From Cyanophora paradoxa CCMP329 (lineage: Eukaryota > Plantae > Glaucophyta): a DNA stretch of 64,000 nt. Below the pieces are notes generated by a model. It was not told where the DNA came from. It ran no database searches and worked only from the letters and a program-made list of their open reading frames with translations. The stretch covers positions 1 to 64,000 of the forward strand of contig QPMI01000199.1 in NCBI GenBank assembly GCA_004431415.1. Direction: 5' to 3'. Made by a program: the position numbers and the translations under genes. Every line of letters starts with the position of its first letter. Position 1 is the first letter of the stretch. Shown here one piece after another: positions 57,365 to 64,000 of this stretch.

Positions 57365-58147
57365 ATGGATGATGTCCCCGAATTTAATGCTGGCGAAATG
57401 ATAAAACCACCTTTTCGCGTCCTTGCAATCGGAAAATCGGCTACCGGTAAGTCGGAAGCGGTCAAATATTGGTTAAAACAGTTACACGATCAAAAAAAGT
57501 TAGATGTCGTTTTAGTTGTAAGTGGAACCGCATTTAATCATTTCTGGAATAATGTAGCTACTATACAGCTCGGTAAATGGGATGCTCCTTATATCGCTAA
57601 ACTTCTCGATGAAAGACAAGAGAAAATAGAGAAAGGAGAACCCGTTAACCAATTGTGTGTAGTTCTCGATGATCTTATAGATAATGAGTTAGTCGACCTT
57701 ACCCGCGATAAAATTATTGGTTCTCTGTATTCGCGTGGTCGCCACTCAAATATATCCATTATCTGTATCACACAGAAACTGCGTAAGGTTTCTTCCACTA
57801 TTCGCGTTAATTCGGATTATGCAATGTTTCTTAGCGCCGCTAATCGGAAAGAACTCGAAGCAATAGAAGAAGAATACAATATAATAAGGGATAAAGACGC
57901 TTTTTATAAGATGTTTGAGGAATACGTTCACTCCTACCAATTCCTCATTTGGTCATCCGCTGATTATTCGGTAAAGTATTATGTAGATAAAGCGGATCTC
58001 GTTAAAAACTTTGGGTTTCCGCGGTTCCATCGCAAACCTAAAAAGAAAGAAGACGAATTAAAACCACCTGAGAAGGAGGAAGCGCCAAAAGAGATTAAAA
58101 GCGCTATTCATACGAATAAATTGATGCGATATAAGAGAGGACTTTAA
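57365..58147 (+). CDS. A32-like DNA packaging ATPase (FtsK/HerA superfamily)
   Basis: PFRVLAIGKSATGKS (Walker A), VVLDDL (Walker B), RGRHSNISIICITQ, IRVNSDY. Confidence 0.95.
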   Translation: MDDVPEFNAGEMIKPPFRVLAIGKSATGKSEAVKYWLKQLHDQKKLDVVLVVSGTAFNHFWNNVATIQLGKWDAPYIAKLLDERQEKIEKGEPVNQLCVVLDDLIDNELVDLTRDKIIGSLYSRGRHSNISIICITQKLRKVSSTIRVNSDYAMFLSAANRKELEAIEEEYNIIRDKDAFYKMFEEYVHSYQFLIWSSADYSVKYYVDKADLVKNFGFPRFHRKPKKKEDELKPPEKEEAPKEIKSAIHTNKLMRYKRGL

Positions 58148-58175
58148 AAATATCTTCCATATAATTAAAGATACA

Positions 58176-58907
58176 ATGCCGCCAAAACATAAAGTAGGTG
58201 TCCCCGCTGGGGCTATTTCATATTCCGGTGGTGAAAGTTACGGGTCACTTAATACTACACCTATGAAATTCGATGGAGTTAATCAAGTGAAACCATCGCA
58301 ACCGGAAGAAGATCCCTTAAATGCCGCTTATGAGGAATCGCCGGCGGACAAAGCGCCGCAAGCATCGACAAGTGAAACACTCAATGTATCACCGGATGCA
58401 TCGAAGATGAAGGCGGTCGGTGAGGGTGCGCGTCGTATTATCGGTGCCGCTGATGATCGCGGTCTTGGTCTACAAGATCTTGCACTAGCCCGCAAAGGTC
58501 AGGGTGTTTCGAAAGAATCGGACAAGGTTATACAATCGATGGCGGGAGAAGTAACTTATAAAGTCGCTCCGACTCAAAACGTCCACCGAATGCCAAAGGC
58601 TGAATGGGACACAATGACCGCTAAATTACGTGATCTCGAAGCTAAGTCAAGTGCGCTAGAACAGTATGTTATGGAAAAGAAAGAACGCGCTAAATTAAAG
58701 GAAATGCTGCGTAAAGAAGTTTATCGCATGGGAATTACGGGACTTCCTGATACTCAATTTATTCGGAAGAAAGAGACACAAATAGATGAGCAAGCGGTAG
58801 ATGAAATGAGCACAAAGAAGAAGGGAACCATAGAACCTGGCGCTACCAAAGCGGAAGTAGAGAAAGCCGTAGCACCAACAGTATACAAGCGGAGAGTTTG
58901 GCTTTAA
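58176..58907 (+). CDS. PLV hypothetical protein, charged/coiled-coil
   Basis: Intact 243-aa ORF in the structural gene run. Confidence 0.75.
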   Translation: MPPKHKVGVPAGAISYSGGESYGSLNTTPMKFDGVNQVKPSQPEEDPLNAAYEESPADKAPQASTSETLNVSPDASKMKAVGEGARRIIGAADDRGLGLQDLALARKGQGVSKESDKVIQSMAGEVTYKVAPTQNVHRMPKAEWDTMTAKLRDLEAKSSALEQYVMEKKERAKLKEMLRKEVYRMGITGLPDTQFIRKKETQIDEQAVDEMSTKKKGTIEPGATKAEVEKAVAPTVYKRRVWL

Positions 58908-58930
58908 AATTTATATATCTTTATAGAGAC

Positions 58931-59185
58931 ATGGACTTTTTGCAAAAGATCATAGAGATGTTTAATATCCACGTGGTTAGCAATTGCCACAGCGGGTGCT
59001 GTGATACAACCGTAGAAGTGGGTTTTTCAGACAACGAAGATAATGAGACAGAAGGTAGACGATCCCGAAGAAATTCAAATGTTTCGACTGGTTCGCGACC
59101 ACCTACACCGGAACAGGGTCGCCGGTTTTCCGTAGATAATAGCGATGATTTACGAAGGCAAGCGTTTGATTATCACGGTAATTAA
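58931..59185 (+). CDS. Small PLV protein with Cys cluster
   Basis: MDFLQKIIEMFNIHVVSNCHSGCC..; AT-rich motif before the ATG. Confidence 0.6.
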   Translation: MDFLQKIIEMFNIHVVSNCHSGCCDTTVEVGFSDNEDNETEGRRSRRNSNVSTGSRPPTPEQGRRFSVDNSDDLRRQAFDYHGN

Positions 59186-59387
59186 AATATTTGTAATAAG
59201 TATCGGAAAATGCTCGAAGAAGTCTATAATATTATTTTAGCGAAACGTCAGATTTACGCCATTCAATCTGCGATAGAAAAACGTAGACAAGAGCTTGTCC
59301 GGTCGCCAAAAAATGACAACCCTAAAAGTATTTAAAGAAACAGCGATAATACAAACTGATAAAATATTTTCTGTGCTGAAAGTAAGA

Positions 59388-59663
59388 ATGGCTGCTATCG
59401 CCGATGATGTTAGCGTAATTGAATTCGAATTCGAAAGTGACAGCGATGAAATTGTTAACTCACCACCAAAGGTTAAACTTAATCCTAAGAGTGCCGATGG
59501 GTTAAATTATCGGATCCGTGAAGTGCTGAGACTGCGAAAGAAGTATGAGGAAGACCCCGAATACCGTGAATTCAAAAAAAAGCAATCTTTGGAGAACTAT
59601 TACCGTCGCAAAGAACTGGAAGGTATCCATAGTGCAAAGCGTGGACGTCCCCGCAAATACTGA
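59388..59663 (+). CDS. Small DNA-binding protein with C-terminal AT-hook
   Basis: PEYREFKKKQSLENYYRRK helix and KRGRPRKY; AAAATATTTTCTGTG upstream. Confidence 0.7.
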   Translation: MAAIADDVSVIEFEFESDSDEIVNSPPKVKLNPKSADGLNYRIREVLRLRKKYEEDPEYREFKKKQSLENYYRRKELEGIHSAKRGRPRKY

Positions 59664-59730
59664 AATGCCGCTATCGCCGCTGAAACATCATTACTTATTT
59701 TTCGAGCGGCTTACCGATGATAATCGGTAA

Positions 59731-59774
59731 TCCCGTTACAGTTTCCCGTTACAGTTTCCCGTTACAGTTTCCCG
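59731..59774 (+). repeat. 13-bp tandem repeat (TCCCGTTACAGTT)x3 upstream of the primase-helicase
   Basis: Read directly; preceded by the hairpin TTACCGAT-GATA-ATCGGTAA. Confidence 0.9.
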
Positions 59775-59869
59775 ATCGAGAAAAAAAGTGTAGGGCATTT
59801 AAAGGTTAGGCGCCAGAAAATGATTAACAAGAAAAATTTTTATCTTTCATAAAAGTAGAACGCGCAACG

Positions 59870-62209
59870 ATGGACTTTAAAAGTAAAACCCTGCTTACGA
59901 AACTCACTAATTGGCTCCGCTCTAACGATGAGCTGGCGAAAAACCTTCTGATTCCCGTCGATCCTGTCGAAAAGCTTCCGGCTTTCGGTCATAAGGACGA
60001 TACATGGAATTGGAAGAGATACGAAGAAGCGGTTAAGTCAAACAAGTATGTCGCGTGGGGTATCCTCGCTAAAAACATCCTCTGTGTTGATTTCGATCAG
60101 GAAGAAGACTTTAACAAGTTTGAAGAACTCTTTCCTGACGATTTCACCGCCGCTATTCCAATCGAAAAAACTAAGAAGGGCTACCATGTGTTCTTTGCAC
60201 GCCCTCCTAAGTTCGATGAGCTGAAACTATTCGACAAAGCCGGAGCTTTCAAAGGCTACGAAAAGATCGATTTTAAAACAATTTGCTCTACCGGAACCGC
60301 TGGCGTTATCAATGTTTGCCCCTCTCCCGGTAAAACATGGATTCGTGAGCCATGGGCTACGGGATGTGAGCTTATCGAGCCATCGGAAGCTTTCCAAAAT
60401 TGGATGATCGAAAACTATAAACACAATGTTGTTATTAACATCGACAAAGCAAAGATTACAGGAAATGAATTCTTAACCACTCTCAATGAGAAACTTATCG
60501 AAATTGGCTTTGATTTCCCTTCTATCATCAGTCAAACCGAAAATGGCTATAACTTTACTGCTCAGAACAAAGGCGGAATATGCCCCTGCTGCAATAATAC
60601 ACATGATAAGAACAATTGGTATGTGATGAAAGCACAGGGAAACGATAAGGACAAATTCGTGGTTTCTAATTACAGTTCCCGATGCAAAAAACTATTTATT
60701 AACATCGTAACCAAAACAGAACAATATATTAAGCTTTCCGCTCTTATTGATCTGGCGATCGGATCTAATGGCACTCATTATGATGTCGCAAAAGTAGCTT
60801 ATGAAGTCCTGAAAGATGATTACCGCTACTCAAATAAGACATGGTTCGAACTTGACACTAACTACGGTATTTGGGAGACTGACGAAACCTCAAAGCGTAT
60901 TTATCTTGCTATGAGCTGCAAGGTTTGCCCGGCATTCCTTAACCGTTCCGCTGAGCTTGGAATTAAAGCCATGAGAGACGAAGAAAACCGTGAATCCTTA
61001 GAAGCAAAGGCTAAACTGGCTCTCAGTATCGCAAAGAATCTTAAACAGACTGCTTACCGCACTTCCCTTATGACAGACTTAACCGTTATGTTTAGTTGTC
61101 CTACCTTTTTCGAAAGATTGGACACAGTGCCTAACATTATCGGTTTCACTAATGGTGTTTTCGATCTTAACACTATGACCTTCCGTAAGGGAAAACCCGA
61201 TGATATGGTTAGCAAGACCGTAGGCTATGAATTCATCGCTGCCGACCGTCAGAAAATCGCTAAGATTCAATCCATTTATGCTGATATTATCGAAGATCCC
61301 GATGAGCGTAACTATATTATCGGAGCGCTTGCTTTCGCTCTCACAGGTCGGACTGATATCCAAAAATTCAATTTCTGGTCTGGAAAAGGTGCTAATGGTA
61401 AATCGCTACTGCAAGAAATGGCTAAGAAAACATTCGGCGATTACTACGGCTCGATCAGTATGAGCTACTGGACAAAGCCTAAAAAGAATTCATCAGATGC
61501 TACGCCCGATCTTGCCGCAATTCTTGGGAAGCGAATCGTATTCAGTAACGAAGCGGAAGATGGCGATAAGTTGCAAATCAGTAAGATTAAGGAAATCACA
61601 GGTGGAAACGAAATGAAGGTTCGCGCTCTCTTTAAGGATCCTGTCGCCTTTATTCCGATGTGTCAAATCTTCCTATCCACCAATGATAACCTTTCTCTCA
61701 GCAAGGCTGATGAAGCTATATTACGTCGGCTCATCTATTGCACATTCAAGAGTGTGTTTAAGCCGAATCCTAAGGAAGGTGAAAAGAAAGCCGATATTAC
61801 CCTAATGCATCTTCTTAATGACGACGAATATAAAATGGCTCAAATGTCTATATTCTTGGACATGTTTAGAACGCAAGACCTTGCCGATCTTATGCAAAAT
61901 CCGCCCCAATCTATTATCGATTACGGATCGGAATATTTCGCTGAAAATGATAAGATCGGTGAATGGATCAGAAATACTTATGAAAAGACAGGAAACCGCG
62001 ACGACTTTGTTTCAAGTGATTCTATCATGAAGAAGTATAGACAAGTGGATGATAAGGCGGAACCGACAAGCATCGGTAAACGGATGCGTGAGATATTTAA
62101 TGTTAAGTCTGAGTCGAAACGCGAAAGGGGCGCGGTTATTCGTGGATACTACTGTATTAAAGCCATAATTCACCATAACGAATTTGTGGATGATGATGTA
62201 GAAGCGTAA
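59870..62209 (+). CDS. Primase-polymerase (PrimPol) - Zn finger - D5-like SF3 helicase
   Basis: LCVDFD and TKKGYHVFF (AEP motifs), CPCC..H, IGFTNGVFDL (D5_N), SGKGANGKS, FSNE, IKEITGG, LSTN, AILRRL. Confidence 0.95.
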   Translation: MDFKSKTLLTKLTNWLRSNDELAKNLLIPVDPVEKLPAFGHKDDTWNWKRYEEAVKSNKYVAWGILAKNILCVDFDQEEDFNKFEELFPDDFTAAIPIEKTKKGYHVFFARPPKFDELKLFDKAGAFKGYEKIDFKTICSTGTAGVINVCPSPGKTWIREPWATGCELIEPSEAFQNWMIENYKHNVVINIDKAKITGNEFLTTLNEKLIEIGFDFPSIISQTENGYNFTAQNKGGICPCCNNTHDKNNWYVMKAQGNDKDKFVVSNYSSRCKKLFINIVTKTEQYIKLSALIDLAIGSNGTHYDVAKVAYEVLKDDYRYSNKTWFELDTNYGIWETDETSKRIYLAMSCKVCPAFLNRSAELGIKAMRDEENRESLEAKAKLALSIAKNLKQTAYRTSLMTDLTVMFSCPTFFERLDTVPNIIGFTNGVFDLNTMTFRKGKPDDMVSKTVGYEFIAADRQKIAKIQSIYADIIEDPDERNYIIGALAFALTGRTDIQKFNFWSGKGANGKSLLQEMAKKTFGDYYGSISMSYWTKPKKNSSDATPDLAAILGKRIVFSNEAEDGDKLQISKIKEITGGNEMKVRALFKDPVAFIPMCQIFLSTNDNLSLSKADEAILRRLIYCTFKSVFKPNPKEGEKKADITLMHLLNDDEYKMAQMSIFLDMFRTQDLADLMQNPPQSIIDYGSEYFAENDKIGEWIRNTYEKTGNRDDFVSSDSIMKKYRQVDDKAEPTSIGKRMREIFNVKSESKRERGAVIRGYYCIKAIIHHNEFVDDDVEA

Positions 62210-62311
62210 ATATAAATGAATTGAATGATTGCTTTCTTACTATTTTTTATAACCTTACTGTGTATGGTAAGAATTAACAATGTAACAGGTGGATTTTTGG
62301 TTTTCAGTCTC

Positions 62312-62404
62312 GTGTAACAGGTGTAACAGGTCTATCCCAAAGTTCTGACCTCTGACCCCCCTCCTAGGGGAAAGTTTGGGATGAACCTGTTACACCTGTT
62401 ACAC
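62312..62404. repeat. Third copy of the iteron-bearing palindrome, inverted relative to 52626-52718
   Basis: The reverse complement matches copy 2, including the flank (TCTTACTGA(A/G)AATGGTATGTGTAACAGG..). Confidence 0.93.
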
Positions 62405-62499
62405 ATACCATTCTCAGTAAGACCCCTTTATAAAAGTGAATTCTCAGTGTGAATATCCTTATTAATATAATTTGTAGTGTTTTATTACTATAATCTGTA

Positions 62500-62507
62500 A
62501 AAATTGA
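62500..62507 (+). promoter_or_regulatory. AAAATTGA motif (Mimiviridae-type early promoter)
   Basis: 45 nt upstream of ATG 62553; a second copy on the minus strand at 63795-63802 lies 45 nt upstream of ATG 63749. Confidence 0.55.
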
Positions 62508-62552
62508 ACAAGATATTTAAGCATTTATTTGTTTGACTATACGAAGTTATCA

Positions 62553-62807
62553 ATGGCTACCCGTAAATTTGCGTTCGAAATGACCGATGAAGAATTAGAC
62601 CAAAACATAAAACAAGAAATTACCATGGAAGCAACAGCGGAATATTTAAAAAGGGTATTCGGTTCTAATCCGTTATTGGAAACAAAGAAACGCCGCACTC
62701 ATGTTATTAAAGCGAATAACGTCCAACTTAACCTTATACTTCCTGAGGGCGTTAAAGTGCGCATTCGTGGAGTTACCGTTTATGATCCGAAATGTGTCCA
62801 AAAGTGA
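62553..62807 (+). CDS. Small PLV hypothetical protein
   Basis: MATRKFAFEMTDEELDQ.., 84 aa, preceded by AAAATTGA. Confidence 0.65.
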   Translation: MATRKFAFEMTDEELDQNIKQEITMEATAEYLKRVFGSNPLLETKKRRTHVIKANNVQLNLILPEGVKVRIRGVTVYDPKCVQK

Positions 62808-62864
62808 AATAGAAATGCTCAAAAATCTATTAAACCACAAAATAAAAAAGATTTTATTAGTTTT

Positions 62865-63749
62865 TTAACCTTGCACAATGTAACGATCGCTGCATATTCT
62901 AATTCGAATACTTGCCAATTTAAAATGTTTTTTTAACAATTCAACAACTTGTTCGATTGTATACGCCACTGAACATTTAGTATCACGATCCCATAAACAA
63001 TCTAATTGTTTCGGAATATCTCTACGTTCCCATGCGACTTTGAAATGTAAGCGAATTTCAATACGTGGACATTCCATGTATTCAGCGAGCCATTCAAGGA
63101 ATTGCTTCCTTTCAGCTCTGAATTTATCTATATCGTGTTTTCTCATTTTATCCATGTTTGGAACAAAGTTTTCACACCAAACTACAAACTTTCTCGCATT
63201 TGCCTGATTAATAAGCTGTTGTTGTTCCCATTCTTTCTGTCTCTGTTCCCATTCTTCCTGTCTTTGCTTTCTTTTTTGTTCTTCTTTTTGTCGTTTTTTT
63301 TCTTCTTCTCGCCGTCTGTTTTCTTCTTCTTGCCGTTTCTTCTCTTCTCTTTGCCTTTTCCTCTCTTCTTTTGCTTTTTGTTTTCTACAATGATTACAAA
63401 AATTTTCTTTACGGTTCCAATGCCGTTCCTCACATTCATAGCATAAGTCACCTCTGTGTTCTTCTGTCATGAACCGTTCTATACAATGATTTCCAACCAA
63501 AACGATAATTTTCTTTTCGACATGCAATATATAACATTGCTCTTCTATGTGATGAGAACAGGCACATTTATTATGTTTTGGAGGAAGGTTTTCAATGTCA
63601 AGATTATATTGTGCAAGTTTAGAGCGTAAACGAATCATATTATACTCACTTCCCAACTCAACCTAATCTAGGAAGTTATCAGAACCACATAGGTTACGTA
63701 AAGTCTCTTTTAACTGTTCGAGATAGCTATTTTTCTTTTCTGTTGTCAT
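62865..63749 (-). pseudogene. Zn-finger / coiled-coil / DUF5710-like protein with in-frame TAG at 63663-63665
   Basis: CACSHHI..VGNHC, CYEC..CNHC, an EK-rich coil, and LHFKVAWERRDIPKQLDCLWD. ATG 63749 is in frame across a single TAG. Confidence 0.7.
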
Positions 63750-63879
63750 TTCTGTTTCTCTGTATGTGTTACACATAAAATGTTTTCTCATCTGTCAATT
63801 TTTGAGTTGTCTTTAAATACGTTTCTACATTTTTAAACGCGTTTCATTTCCGAAAAAATAATGTTCCTATAAAGCAAAG

Positions 63880-64000
63880 ATGCCCCGCCAAACTAATAGA
63901 CTTATCAAAGAAAAGAAAAATGAGATTATCGGACTGTTAGGAACCCTTTTAACTACCGGTGAAATCACAGAAGCGGAATATGATAGAGAAGCCGCCATTT
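63880..64000 (+). CDS. PLV ORF, truncated by the window end
   Basis: MPRQTNRLIKEKKNEIIGLLGTLLTTGEITEAEYDREAA, open to the end. Confidence 0.5.
   Translation, partial: MPRQTNRLIKEKKNEIIGLLGTLLTTGEITEAEYDREAAI

Larger units (their letters stand above)
51788..64000. mobile_element. Endogenous Polinton-like virus (PLV), right part outside the window
   Basis: Abrupt shift to AT-rich intronless DNA with pentons, major capsid protein, A32 ATPase and PrimPol-D5 helicase. Left boundary inferred from composition. Confidence 0.9.

Noticed and set aside
52603-62427. Iteron palindromes as the PLV terminal inverted repeats
   Set aside because: AT-rich viral-type sequence continues outside both copies, so they are internal.
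62538-62550. Exact loxP arm TATACGAAGTTAT
   Set aside because: No inverted partner arm 8 bp away; most likely chance in AT-rich DNA.

Overview
Eukaryotic nuclear DNA from a GC-rich organism with short (about 60-80 nt) spliceosomal introns; the host cannot be named from the sequence. It has five zones. (1) 1-14.2 kb: a GC-rich virus-like gene cluster with tightly packed small membrane-protein genes, an intron-containing D5-like SF3 helicase, a YqaJ-type exonuclease and a GNAT. It begins with a triple inverted-repeat structure and ends in a module bounded by three covarying 50-bp hairpins. (2) 14190-21925: a single-ORF non-LTR retrotransposon (APE-RT-RNase H-CCHC) with a 12-bp TSD. (3) 22-32.7 kb: repeats, including a 6.5-kb foldback-like element with perfect 36-bp TIRs and no TSD, plus Tc1/mariner-type MITEs. 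(4) 32.8-51.7 kb: host genes (a 3.2-kb inverted duplication of a polytopic membrane-protein gene, a J-domain gene, an RWDD2-like gene) and more repeats. (5) From about 51.8 kb to the window end: an AT-rich endogenous Polinton-like virus (PLV) with two penton-like genes, a major capsid protein, an A32 ATPase, a PrimPol-D5 helicase and iteron-bearing palindromes; it runs past the window. Many genes carry single-base frameshifts, which may be assembly errors or real decay. All calls come from reading motifs by eye; no database searches were run.
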